A stretch of 64,000 nucleotides of DNA. Source: the human T2T-CHM13v2.0 reference genome, Homo sapiens. Under the pieces are notes generated by a model. It was not told where the DNA came from. It did not search any database and worked only from the letters and a program-made list of their open reading frames with translations. Below are positions 9,081 through 24,717 of the stretch, piece by piece. How positions within the stretch are numbered: position 1 is the first letter of the stretch; each line of letters begins with the position of its first letter. Location: the NCBI RefSeq assembly GCF_009914755.1, contig NC_060925.1; one strand, given 5' to 3'. The position numbers and the translations under genes were made by a program.

Positions 9081-9680
9081 CCTAGCAGACTACAGGACTG
9101 GTCTGTGCAAAGACCAGGGCTGGAGCTGGTTGAGAGTCTGGGGGCTGAGGCTGGCAGGGCTGGGATGGAGGATGTGTGGGTCTCAGAGGAGCAGCCAGTG
9201 GCATGGGCTGCCCCGTCCCCCGCACACCCCGCTGTGGGCCCGAGGGCCTGGTGTAGAGCTGCACCCCCAGGCTGTCCAGCTGCCAGCTCCCCACCTCACT
9301 GAGGCGTCTCTCTCCCAGCCCAGTGGACCTCATGCAAGGGGAGGTCCGACCCGGCTGCCACAGCCCCATCCCCGCCATGAGGCCTGGGCCGGACCTGAGC
9401 TGGGACTCCACACACCAGCCTGGGGGGGTGTCACACTGGGTGGGGCTGGGAGTGAGGGACCCACCCTAGTGGGAGAGCTGGCCGGGCCACCCCACAGACT
9501 GCCCTCAGGCAACTCCCATGCAGGTGCCCGCCGACCCCTCAGTAGGGACCCAGAGGCTCCCCCAGGGCTGCCGCGGGCATCCTGGAGCCCAAGGGATGCT
9601 GGGAAGTGGGAACCAGGACTGCAGAGGCCAGGGGGCAACACCCCGAGGAGGAGCACAGGGACTTGGGCTCAGGAAGGGCC

Positions 9681-9814
9681 GGACCCCTGCCAGTTCCATG
9701 AGGACTCTCAGTCGGGGGTTGGGGGGACCCCTGCCAGTTCCATGAGGACTCTCAGTCAGGGGTTGGGGGGACCCCTGCCAGTTCCATGAGGACTCTCAGT
9801 CGGGGTTGGGGGGG
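9681..9814 (+). repeat. 44-bp tandem repeat x3 (ggacccctgccagttccatgaggactctcagtc…)
   Basis: Units start at 9681, 9725 and 9769. Confidence 0.9.
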
Positions 9815-9944
9815 TTCAGAGAGCGGATTTGGGTGCTCAGACAGGGAGGGGTGGATGCTCAGAGAGCGGGGCGCGGGCTGGGGCTGGGCTTTCAGACAGG
9901 GAGGGCTGGGGACTCAAGAGCTGGGGAGGGGTGGGAGCTCTGTG

Positions 9945-11760
9945 AGGGGCTCCGTGCGGGGTGGCTGAGGCTATGGGAACTCTGTGGGGGGAGGCTGAGG
10001 CTATGGGGACTCCGTGGGGGGAGGCTGAGGCTATGGGGACTCCGTGCCGGGAGGCTGAGGCTATGGGGACTCCGTGGCGGGAGGCTGAGGCTATGGGGAC
10101 TCCGTGGGGGGAGGCTGAGGTTATGGGGACTCCGTGCTGGGAGGCTGAGGCTATGGGGACTCCATCGGGGGAGGCTGAGTCTATGGGGACTCCGTGGGGG
10201 GAGGCTGAGGCTATGGGGACTCCGTGCCGGGAGGCTGAGGCTATGGGGACTCCGTGGGGCAGGCTGAGGCTACGGTGACTCCGTGCAGGGCTGTGAGGCT
10301 ACGGGGACTCCGTGGGGGGTGGCTGAGGCTACGGGGACTCCGTGGGGGGTGGCTGAGGCTACGGGGACTCCGTGGGGGGAGGCTGAGGCTACGGGGACTC
10401 CGTGGGGGGAGGCTGAGGCTACGGGGACTCCGTGGGGGGAGGCTGAGGCTACGGGGACTCCGTGGGGGGAGGCTGAGGCTACGGGGACTCCGTGGGGGGA
10501 GGCTGAGGCTACGGGGACTCCGTGGGGGGAGGCTGAGGCTACGGGGACTCCGTGGGGGGAGGCTGAGGCTACGGGGACTCCGTGGGGGGAGGCTGAGGCT
10601 ACGGGGACTCCGTGGGGGGAGGCTGAGGCTACGGGGACTCCGTGGGGGGAGGCTGAGGCTACGGGGACTCCGTGCCGGGAGGCTGAGTCTACGGGGACTC
10701 CGTGCGGGGAGGCTGAGTCTATGGGGACTCCGTGAGGGGTGGCTGAGTCTATGGGGACTCCGTGCGGGGAGGCTGAGGCTATGGGGACTCCGTGCGGGGT
10801 GGCTGAGGCTATGGGGACTCCGTGCCGGGAGGCTGAGTCTATGGGGACTCCGTGCCGGGAGGCTGAGTCTATGGGGACTCCATGGGGGGAGGCTGAGGCT
10901 ATGGGGACTCCGTGCCGGGAGGCTGAGGCTATGGGGACTCCGTGGGGGGAGGCTGAGGCTATGGGGACTCCGTGGGGGGAGGCTGAGGCTATGGGGACTC
11001 CGTCGGGGGAGGCTGAGGCTATGGGGACTCCGTCGGGGGAGGCTGAGGCTATGGGGACTCCGTGGGGGGAGGCTGAGGCTATGGGGACTCCGTGCCGGGA
11101 GGCTGAGGCTATGGGGACTCCGTGCCGGGAGGCTGAGGCTATGGGGACTCCGTGGGGGGAGGCTGAGGCTATGGGGACTCCGTGGGGGGTGGCTGAGGCT
11201 ATGGGGACTCCGTGGGGGGAGGCTGAGGCTATGGGGACTCCGTGGGGGGTGGCTGAGGCTATGGGGACTCCGTGGGGGGAGGCTGAGGCTATGGGGACTC
11301 CGTGGGGGGAGGCTGAGGCTATGGGGACTCCGTGGGGGGAGGCTGAGGCTATGGGGACTCCGTGGGGGGAGGCTGAGGCTATGGGGACTCCGTGGGGGGA
11401 GGCTGAGGCTATGGGGACTCCGTGGGGGGAGGCTGAGGCTATGGGGACTCCGTGCCGGGAGGCTGAGGCTATGGGGACTCCGTGCCGGGAGGCTGAGGCT
11501 ATGGGGACTCCGTGGGGGGAGGCTGAGGCTATGGGGACTCCGTGGGGGGTGGCTGAGGCTATGGGGACTCCGTGGGGGGAGGCTGAGGCTATGGGGACTC
11601 CGTGGGGGGTGGCTGAGGCTATGGGGACTCCGTGGGGGGAGGCTGAGGCTATGGGGACTCCGTGGGGGGAGGCTGAGGCTATGGGGACTCCGTGGGGGGA
11701 GGCTGAGGCTATGGGGACTCCGTGGGGGGAGGCTGAGGCTATGGGGACTCTGTGCAGGGC
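9945..11760 (+). repeat. Large G-rich VNTR, 30-bp unit ggctgaggcta(t/c)ggggactccgtgggggga, about 60 copies
   Basis: Direct inspection; exact 30-bp register over most of the array. Confidence 0.98.
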
Positions 11761-12961
11761 CGCTGTGAGGCCCTGAAAGCGCTCGTCGGAGGCTCCTGCT
11801 TCCTGAGGACCGTGACTCGGGTCACATGCCGCCTCCAGGAAGCACCCTGGCCCCTGCAGCTCTGGGAACGTCCTCCCGACAGCTCCTGGGAATATCCTGG
11901 CACTGAGGTCACTCTGGGCTCCCGGCTGACACTCGTGCCGGAGGCAAAGGTGAGGAAAGGCCGGAGGAATGTGTGGTCTCGGCGCCAGGCCAGGCCTCCC
12001 TGTGCAGGAGAGGAGCCAGCAGCTCCCCTTCTCTCAGCTCAGACGGTCTCTCAGGGCTCTCGGGAGGCTCGGAGCAGCTTGGCTGGCAGATTCCAGGGCA
12101 GGGGGTGGGCCCGCCTGGTCCCCTCCGTCGCAGCCAGTGGGCGGGAGGCTGGGCTGGTGAGCGTGTGGGCGTGTGTGAGCACACGTGCCCATGCTTGAGA
12201 CGTGGATGCTGGTGTGAGCACCTGACCCCTCACCTCCTTCACTCGGTCTCCTCACGCCCTCTCAGGGACTCCTTCCCCTCCAGGCCTCGGTTACGGGTCA
12301 CACCTGGCACTGCCAGGCCTGGGGACGTGGTGCGGCCGGTGCGGGGAGGGGCCTTCCAGGCTGCTGTGGGGCCCCCGGCCTCGCCCCACCCCGCCCCGCC
12401 CCGTGCTGGGCCATTGCCTCAAATGCAGCGGCTCTGTTGGCCGTGGGACTGGAATTCTTTCCCAAGGGCCCAGATGTGCAGAGGGGAGGCCGGTGTGGGG
12501 GAGCAGGGCTCCGGGACGTGCACTTGGGTCTAGCTTTGCCCCTGACGTGCTGGGGCCGCCCCTAGGCCCAGCTCAGTGTGTCCCTCCTGTGCCCAGTGAG
12601 GAGGGCGTGCCCCTCGCTGCCACAGGTCCTGGCTGACCACGTGCTGCCCAAGGGCCAATCGCGAGTGCGCAGGTGGGGGACGTGGGGAGCCAGCTGAGGG
12701 GGATATGTGGAGGTGTCAGGATGACCCTGGGTTTTTGGTTTGGGCCACTGGGTGGGAGGAGAAGGAGGGGACCCAGAATTGAGAGATGGGGCCTGGGGGG
12801 CTGCTCAGAGGGTGGGCTGGGAGGTGCCTGTCTGTGTCTGGCCTGGCCTCCAGACCCTGCCTGGCTGGACCTGCTGTTCGTGCCTGTTTCCGATTTTATC
12901 CTCCAAACCAGACGCCCAGCCTGGTGCAAATGCAGGAGTGGAGTTTCCAGGGGGATGTGGA

Positions 12962-13644
12962 CTCCTTCCCTCCACCCCCACCTCGGTCCCTGTCTCCTTC
13001 CCTCCGCCCCCACCTCGGTCCCTGTCTCCTTCCCTCCGCCCCCACCTCGGTCCCTGTCTCCTTCCCTCCGCCCCCACCTCGGTCCCTGTCTCCTTCCCTC
13101 CGCCCCCACCTCGGTCCCTGTCTCCTTCCCTCCGCCCCCACCTCGGTCCCTGTCTCCTTCCCTCCGCCCCCACCTCGGTCCCTGTCTCCTTCCCTCCGCC
13201 CCCACCTCGGTCCCTGTCTCCTTCCCTCCGCCCCCACCTCGGTCCCTGTCTCCTTCCCTCCGCCCCCACCTCGGTCCCTGTCTCCTTCCCTCCGCCCCCA
13301 CCTCGGTCCCTGTCTCCTTCCCTCCGCCCCCACCTCGGTCCCTGTCTCCTTCCCTCCGCCCCCACCTCGGTCCCTGTCTCCTTCCCTCCGCCCCCACCTC
13401 GGTCCCTGTCTCCTTCCCTCCGCCCCCACCTCGGTCCCTGTCTCCTTCCCTCCGCCCCCACCTCGGTCCCTGTCTCCTTCCCTCCGCCCCCACCTCGGTC
13501 CCTGTCTCCTTCCCTCCGCCCCCATCTCTGTCCCTGTCTCCTTCCCTCCGCCCCCACCTCGGTCCCTGTCTCCTTCCCTCCGCCCCCACCTCGGTCCCTG
13601 TCTCCTTCCCTCTGCTCCCATCTCGGTCCCTGTCTCCTTCCCCA
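12962..13644 (+). repeat. C-rich VNTR, 32-bp unit ctccttccctccgcccccacctcggtccctgt, about 21 copies
   Basis: Direct inspection; period 32. Confidence 0.97.
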
Positions 13645-14450
13645 CAGGAGGAGTCTGGGGGCTCCCGCGTCACAGGGGCGTGGCCCAGGGCATCAGGTGG
13701 GGCGGTGGGTACTGGGCTCAGAGTGGCCTTGGGCTGTCCAGTCCCTCCCTTTCTCCCCAGGACCAGTGACCCTCCCAGCCCCAGGACACTTCTTGGGCCA
13801 GGGCCCAGGGCAGAGCCAATGCTCCCCCAGATACTCCCTGGCTGCAAACCTCAGGCTGGGGGTTTTTGGGGACAGGGATGCAGGTGTCTAAGGACACGAC
13901 CCTCCAGGCAGTGGACGTTTCTGCCTGGGTGGAGGGCACGGTTACGAGAGCAGGGCCCGCGCTCTGGCATCCTGGTGCCCGGGCCCTCTGCCCTCAAGGC
14001 CTGTCCTGCCCCAGCTCAGCCCTCTCTGGCCAGGCCCATCACTGTCAGCAAACACCCCCACACTGCTGCCCCCCCAGATGGCCATGGCAGCCCTCCCGGG
14101 GCCCGTGTCTGCAGCCCCCACGCAGCCCGGCCGGCCGATGGAAACGCACACCCACACTCTGTCCCACCTCACTCCGAGCTGGGGGTTCGGGGACCACAGG
14201 TCCCACCTGCACAGGTTGCATCTGGGGAATGGGCCTGTGGCAGAAAATGTGCGGCGCGGGGGGGGGGGTCCCAACCAGGCAGCCCCAACCTGGACTCTCC
14301 TCCACCCCCGTCCCACCTCCTTGCCCCCAGCACACGGTGGCGGAGTGCGTGGGGCCAGCCTGGCGGGGGCTTTGCTCCCCGACCTGCACTTAGAGAACAG
14401 AGGATCCTACGGGAGAGAGCAGCTCGGAATGCAGCTTGAGTAATGCCGAC

Positions 14451-14456
14451 TTTATA
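14451..14456 (-). terminator. C1orf159: Probable variant poly(A) signal TATAAA of C1orf159
   Basis: tttata on + about 1.05 kb downstream of the stop codon; I saw no AATAAA in this interval. Confidence 0.5.
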
Positions 14457-15505
14457 TCAGCACACCCAGTGCCCCCACGTTCCCGCTGGCCCAGGTCCCG
14501 GAGACCATGATGGCACCCACAGTGGACTTCGCAAAGGAGCGTGGGGACCCCGAAGGCCAGGCCACCCCTCAGATGGGGGTCCCATGCTAAAGCAGACGGT
14601 GCCGGTGCCGCAGGGCGTCTGAGACCCACGGTGGAGCCCGGGCCTGGCGTGCGGGAGGCGGCCACGACGGCGCCTTTCTCCCAGGAACTCCGGGAGGGAC
14701 CCCAGGACTCAGCGCCAGGGCAGCCTTGGCAGGTGCAGTGAGGCAGTGACTTGTGGGGGTTAGATGTGGGCCTGCCCCACGTGGGCAGGGATCAGCCAGG
14801 CATGGGGGTCCAGCGGATCCGAGCGGGGCCACAGAGCTCTGGAGGACTTTTCTGCACAATGAATTTCTGCTTAAAAACAGAGATCAAGAGGAAGCTCTAT
14901 CCTGCAGCTCCGGAAATGGGTGGCTGCGTGCTTGGGGTCTCCGCCACGCGGGAGGACAGCCCAGAGGCACCCTGGTCTCAGGCAGCTGGTTCCTAGGCTG
15001 TGTCCTCCCCACTGGCCGGGCACCGGCTGGAACGGCACGAGGACCAGCCTCACTGTTCTCAGAGGGGTCTCGGGCCACTGGGTGTGGTGGTGCTGGAGGA
15101 GTCCTGCCCGCTGTGGGCTCTGGAGGGCACGGCAGCAGAGCCCCTGGCTTTTCTAGGCAGAGCGGCACCTGCCCCATAGATCGTGCCAGCTTTGGCTGCA
15201 GGCGCTGGGGCCTCACCGTGTTTCCTGGGGGGGCCCGGACCCCCCAAGGCCTCGATCTGAAGCTCTGAGGTCTCATGGATGCCTGCTCCTGGTCCGATAA
15301 ACGAGATGGCTGTGGTGGGGAGGAGCCTCAGGCGGCCCGGGACCCTTTGGCGTCCGTCGCTGGGAGGCGGAGGGACCCAGAGCCGAGGCTGTGCCCAGGA
15401 CTGTCCCGGGCGCCGGGCGATGCCAACACTTTGTGCTGGTTCCCGCCAAGGGGTCGGCCTCCGGGTCCCTGCCGCCAAGTGCGTGGCGTGGTCTCGGCCT
15501 CCAGG

Positions 15506-15610
<105 letters not shown>

Positions 15611-15889
15611 TCAGAGACAGGCGAGGTCAGAGTGGGACCTGGACAGCAGGGACAGTGCAGGCCTCAGCCCTCACCGGAGGCTCTCGGGAGTGGGCATATG
15701 GCACAGGCGCCCGGGGCTGTTTACTCTGACCAGGTGGGAACCCAGATGCCCCCTGCCCCTAAGGCGCCCTCAGAGCTCCAGCTCGGGAAAGGGATGGCTT
15801 CCTCCTGCCCGGCTGTGTCCTCTCATTTACACCCTGGGCCCCGGGGCCTGGACAAGGGCCAGGCGATCCCCGAAGACAGAGATGTGGGT

Positions 15890-16310
15890 CCCAGAGTATC
15901 ATGCACCTCAGGGGGCGACAAGCAGGCCGTAGTCCCGAGACCTCGAATGTGACCTTATTTAGAAGAAGGGGCTTTGCAGGGGGTTACGTCAGGGTCTCAG
16001 GTGTGATCGCCCAGGGTTCCCCGGGCAGGCCCTGAAACAACGGCCAGGGCCCACCTGAGAGAGAGGCAGAGAGAGAAGACGCAGAGGTGGGGGAGACGCC
16101 GTGGGACCAGGGGACAGAGACGGGCAACGCAGCCACAGATGCCTGAGCCGGCAGGGGCTGGGAAGGCAGACAGCGTCCTCCCCGGAGCCTCGGGAAGCGT
16201 GTGGCCTTGTTTGCCCCTTGGTTTTGGACTTCTGAACTCTAGGATAGTCAGATTAAAGGTCTGCTGTTGAAGCTGGCAGCCCCGGGGCACTCGGGCACCG
16301 TGGGGTCTGC
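15890..16310 (+). mobile_element. Old MaLR LTR (MLT1-like), boundaries approximate
   Basis: gaatgtgaccttattt…ggctttgcag, cagccacag, ttggttttggacttctg…ctctagga are MLT1-type motifs. Confidence 0.65.
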
Positions 16311-16525
16311 TGGGCACTTGCAGACAGGGCTGCTTTAGGGACGGGGCACGTCCAGCCTTGATGGAGAACGGTCTGTCCCCTAAAGGCACGGTCACCTGCC
16401 CCCATGAGAGACCTCTGCACAGGGGGACGGAGGCCGGGTGAGCCCTGCTCATGGCCTTGGAGCTGTGTGGCTGTGCGCCGGTCACTCAGCCTGTGTCTGT
16501 GGCCCCGCACATAAAATGGGTCCTA

Positions 16526-17089
<564 letters not shown>

Positions 17090-17093
17090 TTAC

Positions 17094-17119
17094 GGCTTCG
17101 CCAGGCTGCAGGGCCGGAG
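17094..17119 (-). CDS. C1orf159: C1orf159 micro-exon (APALQPGEA)
   Basis: ccccacag acceptor and gtaagt donor; 26 bp. Confidence 0.9.
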
Positions 17120-18420
17120 CTGTGGGGGAGAAAGCGGAGAGTCACCCTGGAGCCCAGGAGCTGCCTCAACCTCAGCCCAGTGCAGCGTCCGGGACAGCAG
17201 AGCGAGGAGCTGCCTCAGCCTCAGCCCAGTGCGGCGTCCTCGGAGCAGCAGAGGCCCCGGGGCTGCAGGGTCTCCCCCAACCTCTCCCTGCGGTGCATCA
17301 GCCTGGCCCTCGGTCCTGCCACATTCCTCCGGGGCACTCACAGGTGCGGGGGCCTCCCTAGCACCCCAGGTGAGTCCCCGCTCCCTGGACCCACCTTCCC
17401 GCCTCAGCAGAGGGGACAAGCCCCCCTCATGAGAAGCGTCTCCCCAGGCTCCAGGGTCCCAGGGGAAGGGCTGCCCTCCCACCCTCCCGGGAGGAGCCTC
17501 AGGCACGAGGTGGCTTTGAGCCCCACGGCCGTGGGCTTCTGCCTCCATGGTGCCCCCGCGATGGGGGTGCCGTGGCATCGTGGCCAACCTGGCTTCTCGT
17601 CCCGTGGCCACCAGGGCTGACCAAGCCCTGAGCCCTGCCCTGCTCCAAGGGTGCCCATAGGCAGAGATGCTGAGCAGGCCGGGTCTCTCGGTGCCTGGCT
17701 GTGCAGGAGACCCTGGCAGCGGGCTCCCGACTGGAGGCTGGGCCCTGAGACCCCGAGAGAGGTTGAGGGGGATGGACAGGGGTCTCACAGCAGCCAGGTG
17801 GGGCTGCCCAGAGACCTGGGAGGAGGCCCCAGCTCGGCTATCACAGTCTGGCCAAGTGCTCACCTTGGGGTCCGAACTGCTGGCTGGACCATCTGCCTGG
17901 CAGGGACCCTGCGGGGGCCGGCCCTGGACAACGAGGGCAGGCACCACGGACCCTGCTCAGAACCCGCCCCCGCCTGAAGGCACCACAGTCACAAGGCCGT
18001 CTCTCCAGTGGGAAGGGGTCAGTGCCCAGGCCCGGGGTGACCGTGTGTACGGCGTGGCGTAGGCTGGGGTGTGGGCCCTGCACCAGCCTGGCCAGCCCTG
18101 ACCCCAGGAGAGGGGAGGGGGGACCATGGCTGCTGGAGGAGCCCAGGCAAGTCCAAGCTGCCGAGAGCCACCCAGCCCCGCTCCACTCGCCCCTCGTGAT
18201 GCCCTGAGGGCCCCGGGGAGACGCCTCTGCCGGAAGAGGGCTCCAGCAGAGGTTCTGGGCCCCGAGGAAGGCCCCTTGGTGCTTCGACCCTTCAAATCCA
18301 CACACGGCTGTTTCCGGGAAGTGACGGGCCTTCTCACACCGGGACCCAAAAGCCACAGGACAGGCCCTGCTCCCTCCCGGCCTCTGCCAGCCTGCTCTGG
18401 CCTGGGACACTCCAGTCTCA

Positions 18421-18786
<366 letters not shown>

Positions 18787-19321
18787 TCATCCCTGCAGGC
18801 TCAGCCATGCCTGGGCATCTGGCCGCGGGGTCTGGGAAAGTTACCACCTGCCCCGGCCTCAGCTTCTCTCAGGAGCTCGGATGTTGGGAGCGTTACAGGG
18901 GCTGACCCTGGCCGGGCTCTGCGGAAACGCCTCTCCGATTCCAGTTGCCCCTGAAAGCCAGGGGGTTCTCAGCCTTGTTCCTTCCTCCGGGCTCAGCACA
19001 GGCCCTGGGGCCCCCACACAGGGCAGAGCCTCAAGCTGGCAGCAGGTGCTCCTGCACCCCACTCACCTCCACCTGCCTGGGCCAGGACAGGCCAGGGCTG
19101 CTGGCCTGGGGCTCGGGACAGTTGGCAATGGCTGCTGGGTGTGCTCTGAGATGCTGGGGAGGAGACTCCCCAACCCTGAGACACAGGCGTGTTTGCCAGG
19201 CTTGGGGGCCTCGCTCCTTCCTGCCCCAGCACAGAGCCACAGGAGGCCAGGAGCCCATCCAGGCCAACCCTACCCTAAAACACTGCCACTCAGGTCAGCA
19301 ATGGACCCAGGCCAGCTCAGG

Positions 19322-19515
19322 GCCGTGAGTGTGAACCTGAGAGCGTGCAGTGTGGCCGTGAGCGTGAACCTGAGAGTGTGTGGTGTCAGCGTGAGCCGTG
19401 AGTGTGAGCCTTAAGTGTGAACCTAAGAGCGTGCGGTGTGGCCGTGAGCCATGAGTGTGAACCTGAGAGCGTGTGGCTGTGAGCTGTGTGACCCTGAGAG
19501 AGTGCGGTGTGGCCA
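19322..19515 (+). repeat. Degenerate ~33-bp tandem repeat (gtgagtgtgaacctgagagcgtgcggtgtggcc)
   Basis: Direct inspection. Confidence 0.8.
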
Positions 19516-19657
19516 TCAGGGCCTCCCCTAACTACGGCCCTTTAGAGATGTGGCAGAGCCCCCCATGACGCCCCACATCCCCCACCCACACCAGCTGACC
19601 CCAAGCTGCAGGGGCTGCCACGCTCCCCTCTGGCTGTTTTGCAGAACCCTGAGCCTA

Positions 19658-19894
<237 letters not shown>

Positions 19895-19897
19895 TCA

Positions 19898-20236
<339 letters not shown>

Positions 20237-20389
20237 TCAGCCAAAGCAAAATCCACACCAGCTGGGTCTCCTGGGAATGATTCTCTATTTGAGTTGGTGA
20301 GATAACTTTCATTCCAGATACTAACATGCTCTGGAGGGTAGGTGGGCGGCAGACAAGGACACCCCCAGGGAGCATGGCGGGGCCGTGAG

Positions 20390-20605
20390 CACCCCACGCT
20401 GAGTACTCCACACTGCGCACCCTGACCCTGAGTACTCCGACCCCAAGTACTCCACGCTGCACTCTCCACGCCGAGCACCCCGGCCCCGAGTACTCCACGC
20501 TGCACTCTCCACGCCGAGCACCCCAGCCCCGAGTACTCCACGCTGCACTCCACGCCGAGCACCCCGGCCCTGAGCACCCCGACCCTGAGTACTCCACACT
20601 GCGTA
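20390..20605 (+). repeat. ~42-bp tandem repeat (gagtactccacgctgcactctccacgccgagcacccc…)
   Basis: Direct inspection. Confidence 0.8.
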
Positions 20606-20739
20606 CTTCAGAGAGTGGTAGGCGGCAGCATCCAGAATGAACAGGCCTGTTGGAGGGACTCGTGCTCTGCAGGACTGGAGGCTGGGCCCGGCTTCCACCA
20701 CCCAGCCTTCACCCCACAGACTCCCCAAGAACCCCCACT

Positions 20740-20975
20740 GCAACGCCTGCCCCAGGCCTCCCCCAAGACCCCCCCCACGCCTCTCCTAGGATCCCCCAAC
20801 GGCCTCCCCCAGGACCCCCCCCCCATGGCCTCCCACAGGACCCCCGCATGCCTCCCCCAGGGTCCCCCACGCCTCCCCGGGACCTCCCCACGCCTCCCTG
20901 GGACCCTCCCACGCCTCCCCAGGACCCCCCCACGGCCTCCCCCAGGACCCCCCACGCCTCCCCCAAGACCCCCAT
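20740..20975 (+). repeat. C-rich degenerate ~21-bp repeat (cgcctccccaggacccccc)
   Basis: Direct inspection. Confidence 0.8.
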
Positions 20976-22778
20976 CTGCAGTGCCTGGAGCGGCTGCCTC
21001 GCACCCCGTGTTCCCTCATGCCGCCCAAGCAGGATAGGCCCACCCGCCAGCAGCACAGCCTCCTGCCCCAAGCTGATCCCGACCCTTGGTCCATCTGTCA
21101 CCTCCACACCCTGGCACCCTCCCCCGGGTCTCTCTCGGGGGATCCTGCAGAACCAAGCCTCATCCCCCCGCCAGGCCGACGCTGCGCCTGAAGCCTCATT
21201 TCCGCCCACCGGCCAGGGCGCCTTTAAGGACAGGAATTGACTTTTACTCCTTGACTTTCTAAATATCTCCAACACTCAGCCCAGAGCTGAGTAGACACAC
21301 TCTTGATGCCGACTGCGGTGCGGCTGCTGGTGCGGGCCACGGGTGGACCACACGCCTCGACCCTTCCTCACAGACTGATCTGAATACAAACGGGCCGCGG
21401 CGACACGGGGACCCCGCGGTGGAGAGTGGGCCTGAGACCCCGGCACGGTTGTGACAGGGGTCACTCTGCAGACACACCTCTTGGAAGAATGGAAGTCCAC
21501 CCGCTCAGTCCTACCAGGGTGGAGCTGCGCTCTCCCAGCACTGGGGGCAGCCTCTGTCTCCCGGCATCTCCTGGCACAGGGCTCGGGCGACTTCAGCGAG
21601 GCTCTGTCTGAGAGTCTCTGCCCCGGAGGCCGAAGAACGGAGTCCACGGCAGGGAGCCAAACACCAGCGCAGCACTGTCCCCAGAAGTGCCCGCTGCCTC
21701 CCCGAGCGGAGACGTGACCTGGCTTGGGGCCGCACGCAGGGGGAAGCGTATCCAACACCGCAGGCCCGGCCCCTCCCCACGCGCGCCAGACGGTCCCCAC
21801 CCTGCGCCTGTGCATGGGGCCACCTCGGCCCTTGGACTTCACGACCCGCTGGCCTGGCCCCTCCATGGGCACCGTGACTGCTGCACAGCTGCCTGCACCC
21901 ACAGAGTGCCTGGGGTACACAATCCCTCACAGGAGACGCCACGGCCCCAGCACTCTTGCTGCCATGGGGTGCCAGGGGAGTGGTTCTCACCCAGCCACCA
22001 GGGCTTCAGCATCAGACGATGAGGACCCCAAGGTGCTCAGCTTCCTCCCAGCCCCTCTGTTCTCCCTCAGAGCGGTGCCCTCCTCCTCCTACCCTGCGTG
22101 TGCCTCAGATGTCATCACTGCCTTCCTGTGGGCTCCCCAACCCCCACGCCCAGCCTCGGACCCCCGCGCCCAGCCTCACTGGCTGCCACAGCCGCCGTCT
22201 TGACCACGCCCTCCTCACGAGGCCCCTGAGTCCCCAGGAGCAGCCCTTCTGGGTTCTTCCATCATGGGAGGGCTGGACCCCCAGGATGGGAGTGCCAAGG
22301 CCCTTGGAGGTACAGCTGGGGCATCTCAGCCCCAAGTTCACCAAGGGCCGCCAAGGAGTGGCCCTTGCACCTTCTCACTCTGTCCTCCCCTCCCCTGGCT
22401 GCTCCCACTGGCTGCCCTCACCAGCCTCAACCTCCTGACACCCAGCTGCCCCCAGACAGTCCCTTCCGCAGCCTCCCAGAACCTCTGATGAACAGGGCCT
22501 GCCCGTGGCACGCTGACACAGGCCGGCATCCTCGCGGCGTCCTGTTGATTGGCATTCCACTCCACGCACCAGGGGCCAGCAGCACCTCTGCCCGAGCACG
22601 GACAGGCAAAAATGTCTTGGGCTTTGCCAGAGGCCCCTGGAGCCAGGACAGCCCCGTGAGAATGGCTGAGCTCATGGGCCACTCCCCCAGACCCTTCTCC
22701 AGGCACCTTTCTGATCTCAGCTCCTGCCTCTGCTCCCAGCCCTCTGCTGGGCCAGTCTTCTCATGAGGCTGCCGCTCA

Positions 22779-23168
<390 letters not shown>

Positions 23169-23171
23169 TCA

Positions 23172-23801
<630 letters not shown>

Positions 23802-23983
23802 TCACCGCTGGCAGAGGTGCTCCCATTGCGGGCCAGGATGCCTCACCGTGGGGGCCCCGCCTGACCCAGCCATTCCTGAGCAGGCGCTCACCCAGCAGGC
23901 AGCGGAGGGCTCCCCTCTGCGAGGCACAGGCCCCTCTGACACCAGCAGTGGACCTGGTCAGCACCTCTGGGGCTGGGACATCA

Positions 23984-24545
<562 letters not shown>

Positions 24546-24604
24546 GAGTGAAGGCTTGGGGCCTTTGGAGGCACGGGTGGGGCGAGGTGTAGGCAGGGCC
24601 TTAC

Positions 24605-24717
24605 CTGCCCCTCCAGGATGGGGACTACCGACATCAGCCCTTTGCCCGCCTGGGTGTTCAGGGGTTAGCTCTGGGAGCTCATGGGCTCAGCTGAGCCCTG
24701 CAGACCCCGGCCCAGTC
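24605..24717 (-). other. C1orf159: C1orf159 5' UTR exon 2
   Basis: tcttcatctgcag acceptor and CAG|gtaag donor; 113 bp. Confidence 0.75.

Noticed and set aside
7987-9789. 600-aa + strand ORF
   Set aside because: Non-ATG start, spans a CA-rich repeat and the RNF223 promoter, and shows no recognisable domain. Long open frames are expected in very GC-rich DNA.
9806-11776. Long Arg/Gly/Leu- and Glu/Ala-rich ORFs
   Set aside because: Translations of the 30-bp VNTR; no promoter or splice support.
12573-14439. Pro-rich 250-590-aa ORFs on both strands
   Set aside because: Translations of the 32-bp VNTR.
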